NCBI GenBank assembly: GCA_033853925.1
Contig: JAWOLC010000052.1
Location: forward strand, 20-64,019
DNA length: 64,000 nucleotides
Source: Candidatus Eiseniibacteriota bacterium
Lineage (GTDB): Bacteria > Eisenbacteria > RBG-16-71-46
Reading direction: 5' to 3'
Position 1 is the first letter of the stretch. Every line of letters begins with the position of its first letter. This document shows positions 39,547 through 48,412 of this stretch, piece after piece. The position numbers were made by a program, and so were the translations under genes. Below the pieces are notes generated by a model. That model was not told the origin of the DNA. It ran no database searches and saw only the letters and a program-made list of their open reading frames with translations.

Positions 39547-41573
39547 GAGGCTCGCGCGCGCCGCTGGCGCCCCTCGCCCTCGGCCTGCTCGCCGTCGCCG
39601 GCTGGCTCGTCCCCGGCGTGGCCGGTCAGGCGCTCCTCTATCCCCTGCTCGGCGTCTTTCCCGGGATGGCGATCGCCGCGCTGCTGGCCGGGGCGCGCCA
39701 GCCCCGCTGGACGCTGGGGCTGGCCTTCGCGCCGCTGGCGAGCGCGGCGGGCGGGGCCCTGCTCCTTCTCGCCGGCCTGCCGCTGGCCCCCACGGCTCTC
39801 GGCCTCGCGGCAGCAGGCTGGCTGCTGTGGACCGCGCTCGAGGCCGCGCGGGCAACGCGGACCGGCGCTCCGCCGCCCGGGCCAGGCGGCGAGCCGCGCG
39901 CCGACCTCCGCTTCCTCGTCCTCTTCGCCGTGGGGATCGCGCTGCTCACGAGCGTGCCATGGCTCCTGAACCCCTGGCTGCGCTCCCGCTCGGACGCCTG
40001 GATCCACGGCGGCATCGTCTGGGACATCGTGCGGCACGGCATTCCGCCCGAGGATCCGCGCTTCGTCGGGCTGAGGCTCAACTACGTCTGGTTCTTCAAT
40101 CTCTTCATCGCCCTCGCGACCGGGCTCACGGGGCGCGACCCGTTCGTCTTCATGATGCTCTTCAACGCCGTCAACCTGGGCGTGTGCATCGCCCTCGTGT
40201 ACCGCCTGGCGCTGGAGCTGTGGCGCGAGCGCTGGGCGGCGGCCGGAGCCGCGATCCTCGTTCCGGTCGGCCTGGGCGCCGGCAACTGGCTGCTCTGGTC
40301 GCTCCCGGTGCTGAAGAAGCTGCTCGGCTCGCCGCACGGCTGGGCGGACGCCGCGAGCCAAGTGCGCGCCCTCCGCTGGGGCACTTGTGACGTCCTCGCC
40401 AGCCTCGGCGCGCCTTTCGCCTACATGGTCAACACGCTCGACAAGTTCACGGTGGGCACGGCCCTCTCCTACGCCTGGCTGATGATGCTGGCGTACCTGT
40501 GGGCGATGGTCTCGTGGCTGGCGCGCGGGAGCCGGCGGGCCCTGGTGTGGGCCGGCGCGGGGGCGGCGGGGATGCTCTTCTTCCATGGAGTCGTCGGCTT
40601 GAGCGTGATCCCGGTGGCTCTCGGCGCCCTGGCCGTCGCCTGGCTGGCCTCGTTCCGCTGGCCATGGCTCCCCCGGGGCCGGCTGCTCGGGCTCGCCGGG
40701 GCGACGGCGGCCGGAGCCCTGCTCGCCGCGCCCTACACCCTCGCCATCTCGAGGGGCTGGTCCGCGGAGGAAACGGCAGTGCCGAACCAGTACGTCCACT
40801 TCGGCCTGAAGATGGCCTGGACGATGGCGGCGTCCCTGGCGGTCGTGGCCGCGCTCGCCGGCCGCGGCCTGCTGCGGGTGGCGCGCGAGCGGAATCCAGG
40901 CGGGGCGGCGCTCGCGCTCTTCACGCTGGGCATGGCGCTCTTCGCCCTGATCGTGCACCTCCCGCTCGACAACGAGACCAAGTTCGTGTTCGAGGTCTTC
41001 TTCCCCCTGGCGATCTTCGCGGGGCCGGCGCTGCCTCCCTTCGCGGCCGCCACCGTGCGCCGGCTGGGGGCGCCCCTGGGCGCGGCCGCCCTGGCCCTGC
41101 TCTTCCTCGTCCCGCCCGTGGTCATGCTGGCCAGCTACGCGCTGGACCCCTCCGGCCGGACCGATCCGGCGGTCGCTCCCGCCCCCGGCGAGGACGCGCT
41201 CTATGCCTGGATCCGCGCGCACGTGCCCGACGACGGCTACCTCGTGGACCGCGGCGGTCGGGATCTCGTCATGGTGAAGGCGCAGCGTCGCCTCTGGGTC
41301 GGCACGACCTCCGGGCCCGAGAGAGCCGCCTTCCCTGCACGCGAGCTGGCCCGGCGGCGGGCAGTGGAAGCGGACCTCTACGGCTCCGCGGACTCCCTGG
41401 AGGCGGACGCGCGCGCGCTGGCCGGCCTGGGGCGGCCGGCCTACGTGCTCTATCGCCTCTCCGACTTCCGGGAGGCGAAGCCCTGGCGCGCGCTCGAGGC
41501 GCGGTACCAGAGGTTCATGACCGTGTACACGACCAGGGAGTTCCGGCTCTACCGCGTGCGGAGCGAGCGGTGA
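39543..41573 (+). CDS. Polytopic membrane protein, uncharacterised family (paralog A; possible GT-C-like enzyme)
   Basis: ORF 39543..41573, TTG start overlapping the upstream stop (TTGA); at least 12 transmembrane helices; conserved motif NPWLRSRSDAWIHGGIVWDIVRHGIPPEDP; C-terminal soluble domain. Confidence 0.7.
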   Translation: MRGSRAPLAPLALGLLAVAGWLVPGVAGQALLYPLLGVFPGMAIAALLAGARQPRWTLGLAFAPLASAAGGALLLLAGLPLAPTALGLAAAGWLLWTALEAARATRTGAPPPGPGGEPRADLRFLVLFAVGIALLTSVPWLLNPWLRSRSDAWIHGGIVWDIVRHGIPPEDPRFVGLRLNYVWFFNLFIALATGLTGRDPFVFMMLFNAVNLGVCIALVYRLALELWRERWAAAGAAILVPVGLGAGNWLLWSLPVLKKLLGSPHGWADAASQVRALRWGTCDVLASLGAPFAYMVNTLDKFTVGTALSYAWLMMLAYLWAMVSWLARGSRRALVWAGAGAAGMLFFHGVVGLSVIPVALGALAVAWLASFRWPWLPRGRLLGLAGATAAGALLAAPYTLAISRGWSAEETAVPNQYVHFGLKMAWTMAASLAVVAALAGRGLLRVARERNPGGAALALFTLGMALFALIVHLPLDNETKFVFEVFFPLAIFAGPALPPFAAATVRRLGAPLGAAALALLFLVPPVVMLASYALDPSGRTDPAVAPAPGEDALYAWIRAHVPDDGYLVDRGGRDLVMVKAQRRLWVGTTSGPERAAFPARELARRRAVEADLYGSADSLEADARALAGLGRPAYVLYRLSDFREAKPWRALEARYQRFMTVYTTREFRLYRVRSER

Positions 41574-42433
41574 ACCCGGCGGCGTTCTCGCTCGACATCG
41601 AGGACTGGTATCACTCGGAGCTGATCGACCGACGCGACCGGCACGGCCACGGCATGACCGTGGTGCGTCCCGGCACCGAGGCGCTGCTCGACCTCTTCGC
41701 CAGCCGGGGCGTGCGCGCCACCTTCTTCGTGCTCGGCGACGTGGCGCGAGAGCATCCCGACCTCGTCCAGCGTCTCGCCGCCGAGGGACACGAGCTGGGC
41801 TGCCACGGCATGGACCACCGCCCGCTCTGGGAGCTGGACCCCGCGGGATTTCGCCGGCAGCTCGTCGAGTTTCGCCGGGTCGTCGAGGGAATCCTCGGAG
41901 GCTTCCCCGTCACCGGATTCCGCGCGCCGGTTTTCAGCCTCGATCCCTCCACGGCCTGGGCGCTGGAGGTGCTGCGCGAGCAGGGCTACCGCTACGACTC
42001 GAGCATCTTCCCCGCCAAGGTGCCGACCTACGGCATGTCGCGGGCACCCCTGACCATCTACCGGCCGGCGCACGACGATCTCGCGCGCCACGACCCCCAG
42101 GGAGAGGTCGTGGAATTCCCGGTGGCCGTCCAGCAGTGGGGGCCGCTGCGGGTGCCGGTGGGGGGCGGCTTCTACCTGCGCGCTCTTCCACTGTGGATGG
42201 TCCGCCGCTCGCTCGACGAGATCCTCAAGGAGCGTCCGGTGGCCCTCTACCTGCACCCCCGGGAGTACGTGCCCGAGCAGCGGCGCCTGCGCCTGGCCCC
42301 CTGGCAGGCGCTCGTCACCTACACCAACCTGCACACCGTCCGGCCGAAGCTGGAAAGCCTGTTCTCCCGCTACGCCTGGGTGACGATGCGCGAGGCTCTG
42401 GAGCGGGGCGGCCACCTGCCCGCGGGCGCGTGA
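41570..42433 (+). CDS. Polysaccharide deacetylase (CE4) of the PEP-CTERM-locus subfamily (with DUF3473-like C-terminus)
   Basis: In-frame part of ORF 40499..42433 from GTG 41570 (GTGA overlap); NodB motifs TFFVLGDVA and HELGCHGMDH. Confidence 0.85.
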   Translation: MNPAAFSLDIEDWYHSELIDRRDRHGHGMTVVRPGTEALLDLFASRGVRATFFVLGDVAREHPDLVQRLAAEGHELGCHGMDHRPLWELDPAGFRRQLVEFRRVVEGILGGFPVTGFRAPVFSLDPSTAWALEVLREQGYRYDSSIFPAKVPTYGMSRAPLTIYRPAHDDLARHDPQGEVVEFPVAVQQWGPLRVPVGGGFYLRALPLWMVRRSLDEILKERPVALYLHPREYVPEQRRLRLAPWQALVTYTNLHTVRPKLESLFSRYAWVTMREALERGGHLPAGA

Positions 42434-42603
42434 TGCCCGGCGCCGCTTCTCCCGGCGCGCGCGCCCGGGCTCGGGCGGTGGCCGTCACGCGGGGCCTGGC
42501 CTATGATCGCGGAGCCGCCGGCGGCCGGCCGGGCCCGCAGCCCGCGCCGGGCCTCGCGACTCCTCGGCTTCCTGCCTTCGCCTCGGGACACGCGCGCTAG
42601 ACC

Positions 42604-44661
42604 ATGCCGATCGCCAAGCGCTCCTGGACTCCGTCCCTGCTCGTCCTGCTGGGCCTCGCTTCCCTGGCCGCGCGGGCGCTGCCGCCGGGCCTGCGCGAGG
42701 TGGCCTTCTATCCGGCGCTCGGGCTCTTCCCCGGCTTGCTCGTCGCCGAGCTGCTGGCGGGCCGCGAGCGGGAGTTCGATCGCTGGATCCTGGGGCTGGC
42801 CCTCTCGCCGCTCGTCGCCGCCCTCGCCGGAATCGGATTGTGCCGGCTCGGAGTGAGCCTGGCAGTGGGCACCTCGCTCATCGCCGGCGTGAGCTTCGGC
42901 GGCTGTCTGATCGCCCAGGTCGGGCGCCGGCTCCGGCGCCCCTCTTCCTCCGAGTTCCCCGAGCGACGAAGCTGGCAGTGGCTCGGCTGGGCTCTGGGGT
43001 TCGCCGGCGTGCTCGCCCTGCTCCCGATCGTCAATCCGTGGCTGCTCGTCCGCGCCGACTCGTGGTTCCACGCCGGCATGGTCTGGGAGATCGTGAGGCG
43101 CGGCATCCCCCCGGAGACGCCGAGCGTGGCCGGCCCTCCCGCCAACTACATGTGGACCTACAACTTCTTTCTCGCCCAGTCCACGAGCCGGGGGTGCGAT
43201 CCGTTCGTGCTGATGGCGGTCCTGAACGTGGTGTCCGGCTTCCTCCTCGTCGCCATCGTGCGGCGCCTGGCGTTGCTGGCGTGGCGCAGCGAGCAGGCGG
43301 CCACCGGGGCCGCCGCCTTGGCTCTCGTGGGCCTCGACGCCGGCACCTGGCTGCTCTGGCCCCTGAGCCCGCTGCGGGCCCTGACGGGACAGGTGCGGGG
43401 CGGGGCGGAGCTGACCCGGCAGCTCCACAACGTCCACCTCCTCGATGCGGGCGTGCTCTACTTCGTCGCCGCGCCCTTCTCGTCCGTCGCGAGCCTCATC
43501 GACAAGCTCACGGAGGGTACGGCGCTCGGCTACGCCTGGATCCTCCTGCTGCTCCTCCTGTGGAGCGCGCTGGCCTGGCTCGAGCAGGGGCGCAGGAGAA
43601 CCCTGGGCGTGGCGGCCCTGGCGACCCTCGGGCTCTTCTTCCTCCACGCCGTGGTCGCCCTCTCGGTCGTGCCGGTGATGCTCGTGACGCTGGCGGCGAT
43701 CTGGCTGCTGCGCGGCAGACAGACGTGGCTCCCGCCCAGGGGACGTGTGCTCTCCCTCCTGCTCGCGGTCGCCGTCGGGGCGGGACTGGGGATGCCCTAC
43801 CTCTGGTCGGTCATGCGGGCGTGGACGCGCGCGGACTCCGGTCCGCGCTTCCACTACCTCCCCCCCGACGCCTTCATGCTCTGGACCTTGCTGACGACCG
43901 TGGGAGTCGTGGGCTGGCTGGCCTGGCGGCCGGCGCTGCGCTCGTTCCGCGAGCGGCTCGCTCTCCCCGCCGTGGTGACGGCCTTCGCCCTCTTCATGAC
44001 GCTCTACGCCCTGGCCGTGCGGCTGCCCGTGCCGACCGACACGAAGCTCGTCGTCCAGGTCTTCTTCCCGCTCGCGCTCCTGGCCGGCGCCGGCTTCCTC
44101 CCGGGCGTGGCCCGGCTCGCCGCACGGCGGGGGCGCGGCTTCGCCGCCGCGGTGCTGGCTCTGGTGTTCGGCGTGGGCCCGCTCCTGACCGTGATCGGCT
44201 TCGCCGCGGATCCGAGCCGGGGGAGCGACCCGCACTTCCTCGAGACGCCGGCGGAGCGCCGCCTCGACGCGTGGGTCCGGGAGCGCACCCCGGTGGACGC
44301 CGTGCTCCTCGACGGGGGCTTCCGCAATCTCCTCACCGTCCGCGGGCAGCGGCGGCAGTACCTGGCCTCGGGTTACGAGCCTTTCGTCCTCGGCTTCCCC
44401 GCGGCGGAGCTGGCGCTGCGAACGGCCGTCATGCAGGATCTCTACGGCCCGGGCGCCGATCTTGCCGCGGACGCGGAGAAGCTCCGCGCGCTGGGAGCGC
44501 CGGTCTTCGTCGTGTACCGCCCCGAGGATCGCCGGGGTCCGCGGACCCCGTGGTCGGGGCCCGCGGGCCGCGGGGATCTCTACACGCCGGTCTACGCCGC
44601 CGACGGCTTCCACGTCTTCCGCGTGCGGGAGACGGCCGGAGCCCTCCCGCCCGCGGAATAA
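42604..44661 (+). CDS. Polytopic membrane protein, uncharacterised family (paralog B of 39543..41573)
   Basis: ORF 42604..44661; collinear with paralog A, including IVNPWLLVRADSWFHAGMVWEIVRRGIPPETP. Confidence 0.75.
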   Translation: MPIAKRSWTPSLLVLLGLASLAARALPPGLREVAFYPALGLFPGLLVAELLAGREREFDRWILGLALSPLVAALAGIGLCRLGVSLAVGTSLIAGVSFGGCLIAQVGRRLRRPSSSEFPERRSWQWLGWALGFAGVLALLPIVNPWLLVRADSWFHAGMVWEIVRRGIPPETPSVAGPPANYMWTYNFFLAQSTSRGCDPFVLMAVLNVVSGFLLVAIVRRLALLAWRSEQAATGAAALALVGLDAGTWLLWPLSPLRALTGQVRGGAELTRQLHNVHLLDAGVLYFVAAPFSSVASLIDKLTEGTALGYAWILLLLLLWSALAWLEQGRRRTLGVAALATLGLFFLHAVVALSVVPVMLVTLAAIWLLRGRQTWLPPRGRVLSLLLAVAVGAGLGMPYLWSVMRAWTRADSGPRFHYLPPDAFMLWTLLTTVGVVGWLAWRPALRSFRERLALPAVVTAFALFMTLYALAVRLPVPTDTKLVVQVFFPLALLAGAGFLPGVARLAARRGRGFAAAVLALVFGVGPLLTVIGFAADPSRGSDPHFLETPAERRLDAWVRERTPVDAVLLDGGFRNLLTVRGQRRQYLASGYEPFVLGFPAAELALRTAVMQDLYGPGADLAADAEKLRALGAPVFVVYRPEDRRGPRTPWSGPAGRGDLYTPVYAADGFHVFRVRETAGALPPAE

Positions 44662-44667
44662 GCCGCC

Positions 44668-46851
44668 TCAGGGCGTGCCCACCTTGCCGGCCGCGGCGCC
44701 CGTGGGCTTCGCCGGGGCCGGCTGGCGCCAGCTCACGCCCAGCTCGGCGAACAGGAACGAGTAGACGTCCGCGTTCAGCTCGTTGCGCGCCTTGAGCGGC
44801 GTGCCGATGTGGCCGGTGCCCTTCTCGGCGCGGAGCAGGACGGGCAAGCCGGAGGTGCTCGCCGCCTGGAGCCGTGCGGTCATCTTCCGCGAGTGCATCG
44901 GGTTCACGCGCGGGTCGTTCGAGCCGGTCGTGAACAGGACCGCCGGGTACTTCGTGCCGTCCACGACGTGATGATAGGGCGAGTAGGCGTAGAGGGCGGC
45001 GAATTGCACGGAGTCCTTCACGCTGCCGTACTCGGTCGTGTTGAAGAGGCCGTTCGACTCCAGCTCGCTCCTCAGCATGTCGTAGACGCCCACGCTCGAC
45101 ACCACCGCCCGGAAGGCGTCGGGGTGCTGAGTGATCATGGCCCCCATCAGGATGCCGCCGTTGCTCCCCCCCTGGCAGGCGAGCCTCGCCGGCGAGGTGT
45201 AGTGGTGATCCACCAGCCAGCGGGCGCAGGCGTAGAAGTCGTCGAAGACGTTCTGCTTCTTCGTCAGCATGCCGCCCTCGTGCCAGGCGTCGCCGAACTC
45301 GCCTCCGCCGCGGATGTGCGCGACGGCGTAGATGCCACCCTGGTCGAACCACACCCGCCGCGTGGCCACGAACGACGGACGCTGGCTGATCGCGTAGCCG
45401 CCGTACCCGTAGAGCAGCGTCGGGGCCGTTCCGTCCAGGCGCGTTCCCTTGCGCATGAGGATCGTGAGGGGGACGCGGGTGCCGTCCTTCGAGACGGCCG
45501 TGGCCCGCTGCACCTCGATGTCCGCGTAGCTCACCGGGGAGCGGCGGACGAGGGCGGTCGTCCCCACGGTCTTCCGCGCCGGGTCGTAGGTCACCCAGCG
45601 AGGCGGCTCCGTCCAGCGGGTGATGCCCAGCGCGACCTTGCCGCCGCCGGTCGGCACCATGCCGCCGACCGTGGTCTGCTCGGGCAGCGGCACCGTGCCC
45701 CTCGCCTGGCCGTCGCTCGTGAAGATCCGGACCTGGGAGGGGCCGCCGAGGATCTCCTCCACGTAGAGCAGGTCCTCCGAGGGCGTGAACCACTCGATGC
45801 CCGCCTGCCCCTCGGGGACCAGCACGGCGGCCTGGCTCAGCCCCTCGGCGGGCAGCGGAAGCCGCAGCACCTTCCCGTTCGGGGCGTCCATGCGCGACAG
45901 GAGGTAGAGGACCCCGGGACCGAAGCCGGCGTCCACCACGCGATCGGCGAAGGTCGAGAGCGGGTGGAACACGCCGTCGGCCTGCGACGCCAGCCACATC
46001 ATGTGGTCGCCGCCGTCGCCGTTCAGCACGTCGGCCAGCACCCACTTCCCGTCCTTCGAGGACGAGAGCTTGATCTCCGCGATCTTCGGGAACTCCTTCC
46101 CCACGGCGTAGGTGTCCGAGGCTTCCGGAGTGCCCAGGCGGTGGAAGTACACCTGCTGGTAGAAGGGCAGGTCCTCGTCGGGCCGCTCGCCGGGTGCCGG
46201 ATAGCGCGTCCGCCAGTACCCCGTCCCGTCGGCGTTCCACGCCAGGCTGCCACCGGCCGTGCCGCCATTCGTGCGCGGCACCTCGTCGCTCAGCTTCCGC
46301 CCCGTCGCCACTTCCCAGACGTGCACCGTGCCCGACTCGGTGCCGCCCTTGGAGAGCGAGACGGCGACCTTCGCCCCGTCGCGCGAGGGCACGTAGAAGT
46401 CGATGGTCGTGGCGCCGCTCGGGTCGATCGCGTTCGGGTCCACGAGCACCTTCTCCCCCGTCGGTCGCACGAGCGAGCGCAGGGTCACGAGGACGGGCTG
46501 CTGCTTGGGCGGATCGTCCTTGAGCGCGAAGTAGATGCCGCCCGCGCGCTCCACGGCGAACCAGCCGGGCGTGGGCTTCTCGGTGATGGACTCCACCTGG
46601 CGCAGAACGGCGGCGCGCATGGGCAGGCTGTCCAGGAAGGCCCGCGCCACGGCGCTCTCCGAATCGCTCCAGGCCGGCACCGCCGGATCGTGCCAGTCCT
46701 CGAGCCAGCGGTAGTCATCGGTGACCGTCACGCCCCAGTAGTGGTCCTCCACCGGGCGCTTCGGAGTGAGCGGCAGGGGCGGCCCGGCGACAGCCACCAA
46801 CGTGAGGGAGGCGATTGCCGCAGCCGCGGCGAAGATCGTCCACATGCGCAT
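44668..46851 (-). CDS. Prolyl oligopeptidase (S9A family serine peptidase), secreted
   Basis: 727 aa from MRMWTIFAAAAAIASLTLVAVA (signal peptide; AAGGAGA SD) of ORF 44668..46941; catalytic GGSNGG motif and C-terminal alpha/beta hydrolase. Confidence 0.85.
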   Translation of the reverse strand: MRMWTIFAAAAAIASLTLVAVAGPPLPLTPKRPVEDHYWGVTVTDDYRWLEDWHDPAVPAWSDSESAVARAFLDSLPMRAAVLRQVESITEKPTPGWFAVERAGGIYFALKDDPPKQQPVLVTLRSLVRPTGEKVLVDPNAIDPSGATTIDFYVPSRDGAKVAVSLSKGGTESGTVHVWEVATGRKLSDEVPRTNGGTAGGSLAWNADGTGYWRTRYPAPGERPDEDLPFYQQVYFHRLGTPEASDTYAVGKEFPKIAEIKLSSSKDGKWVLADVLNGDGGDHMMWLASQADGVFHPLSTFADRVVDAGFGPGVLYLLSRMDAPNGKVLRLPLPAEGLSQAAVLVPEGQAGIEWFTPSEDLLYVEEILGGPSQVRIFTSDGQARGTVPLPEQTTVGGMVPTGGGKVALGITRWTEPPRWVTYDPARKTVGTTALVRRSPVSYADIEVQRATAVSKDGTRVPLTILMRKGTRLDGTAPTLLYGYGGYAISQRPSFVATRRVWFDQGGIYAVAHIRGGGEFGDAWHEGGMLTKKQNVFDDFYACARWLVDHHYTSPARLACQGGSNGGILMGAMITQHPDAFRAVVSSVGVYDMLRSELESNGLFNTTEYGSVKDSVQFAALYAYSPYHHVVDGTKYPAVLFTTGSNDPRVNPMHSRKMTARLQAASTSGLPVLLRAEKGTGHIGTPLKARNELNADVYSFLFAELGVSWRQPAPAKPTGAAAGKVGTP

Positions 46852-47258
46852 CAGCACTTCTCCTTCTCGCGGGCCGGAGGGTCCGCGGCCCAAGAGGGAC
46901 GTAGCGGCGCGCGTTCGCGCCGCGGCGCGGTCGGCGACCACCGGGGTCGCCAGCCGAAGCGCTCCAGGTCGATCCTACCTCGGGCGTCGAACCTCACGCC
47001 CTCGCCTTCGAGCCGGAGACGCTGGGTGACGTCGTCGCCGCGCCCGGGGGGCAGGCTGATCCCGCCGCGCGCATTGACGACACGGTGCCAGGGAGCGTAG
47101 CTCGCCTGCGGCAGCGCGTGAAGGGCGTAGCCCACCTGCCGGGCGTGCCCCTCCAGCCCGGCCAGCCTGGCCACCTGCCCGTACGTCGCGACGCGTCCCC
47201 GCGGGATCCGGCGGACGACGGCGTAGACGCGCTCCCACCGGCTCGGTGCGCGCTGCAC
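46851..47258 (-). CDS. Alkyltransferase-like (ATL) protein - MGMT DNA-binding domain with Trp replacing the active-site Cys
   Basis: ORF 46851..47315; motif PWHRVV instead of PCHRV; probable GTG start at 47258 after GAAGGGGA; TGATG overlap with the oligopeptidase start. Confidence 0.65.
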   Translation of the reverse strand: MQRAPSRWERVYAVVRRIPRGRVATYGQVARLAGLEGHARQVGYALHALPQASYAPWHRVVNARGGISLPPGRGDDVTQRLRLEGEGVRFDARGRIDLERFGWRPRWSPTAPRRERAPLRPSWAADPPAREKEKC

Positions 47259-47302
47259 GCTTCCCCTTCGCGCCTCCGGCGGCCGAGTCCGCCCCCCGCC
47301 GC

Positions 47303-48412
47303 TCAGCGCGCCCATCTCTCGAGAACCCCCTCGAGGCGTGGGCGCACCCGCTCCCAGGCGAATCCCTCGGCGGTGCGGCGGGCGCCGGCGCCCAGCCTGC
47401 AGGCGAGATCCGGTCGCGAGAGCACGCGGGCCAGCGCCTCCCGCAGGGCGGCGGGGTCGCCGGGAGGCACGAGCAGCCCGTTCACCCCGTCCACGATCAG
47501 CTCACGCACGCCGGCGACCGGCGTGCCGATCACGGGCCGCCCCCACGACATGGCCTCGAGGAGCACGTTGGGCAGGCCTTCGCCGCTGCGCGCCGCGAGC
47601 ACGACACAGGCCGCGCCGGCGTACAGGGCGCCCAGCCCGGGGCGGCCCACGAAGCCCGCGAATTCCACGCTCGCCGACCGCCGACGGGCCAGCTCCTCCA
47701 GCCGGCTCCGTTCCGGTCCTGTTCCGGCGATGATCAGCCGACGGCTCTGCCCGGCGGCCGCCTCGATCGCCACGTCCATGCCCTTGTCGCGAATGAGTCG
47801 CCCCACCGCCAGCACCGGGCCCGTGGCCACGTCCGCCGCGGGCAGGGGCGGGTCGGGCAGGTCGAGCCCGTTCGGCACCACGTCGAGGTGGGAGTCCACT
47901 TCGGCGCGCGCCCACGGCGCGTACCGCTCCAACTCCCGCAGCAGCGCCTCGCGCCCCGCAGAGGTCTGGACGAGCACGCCGCGGGCCGCTCTCCAGGTCC
48001 GGCAATTGAGGGCGCCCTTCAGCCCGGCTTCCCCCAGACGATACTCACCCTCCCCGCGGATCCAGACGATCGCGGGAACGCCCAGCCGCCGCTGCGCCCG
48101 CACGCCCACCCAGCCACTGATGAACGACTGGAAGCAGACCAGCAGGTCCGGCCGTGGCTGCAGGGCGTCCAGCGCTCGGCCCGTGCGGTGCGCGTCGACC
48201 AGAGCCCGCAGGCCCCGGGCCGGGAACAAGGGCAGGCGAATCACCTCGTAGCCGTCCCGCGCCTCGCGCCCGGGCGGGGCCGGAGGCTCCTGCCGCGTGA
48301 TCACGACCACCCGGTGGCGATCGCTCAGACGGCGCGCCCACCCCTCGGCCTGGTGCTCCGCTCCTCCCTGGGGTCCGGGAGGAAACCGGCCGACCAGGAA
48401 GGCGAGGTTCAC
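47303..48412 (-). CDS. Glycosyltransferase family 4
   Basis: C-terminal part of ORF 47303..48745 from GTG 48412 (M-NLAFLVGRFPP); GTGA overlap with the asnB-like stop. Confidence 0.8.
   Translation of the reverse strand: MNLAFLVGRFPPGPQGGAEHQAEGWARRLSDRHRVVVITRQEPPAPPGREARDGYEVIRLPLFPARGLRALVDAHRTGRALDALQPRPDLLVCFQSFISGWVGVRAQRRLGVPAIVWIRGEGEYRLGEAGLKGALNCRTWRAARGVLVQTSAGREALLRELERYAPWARAEVDSHLDVVPNGLDLPDPPLPAADVATGPVLAVGRLIRDKGMDVAIEAAAGQSRRLIIAGTGPERSRLEELARRRSASVEFAGFVGRPGLGALYAGAACVVLAARSGEGLPNVLLEAMSWGRPVIGTPVAGVRELIVDGVNGLLVPPGDPAALREALARVLSRPDLACRLGAGARRTAEGFAWERVRPRLEGVLERWAR

Noticed and set aside
42498-42510. TATGAT -10-like hexamer before paralog B
   Set aside because: No acceptable -35 or TG extension; could be real but the evidence is a single hexamer
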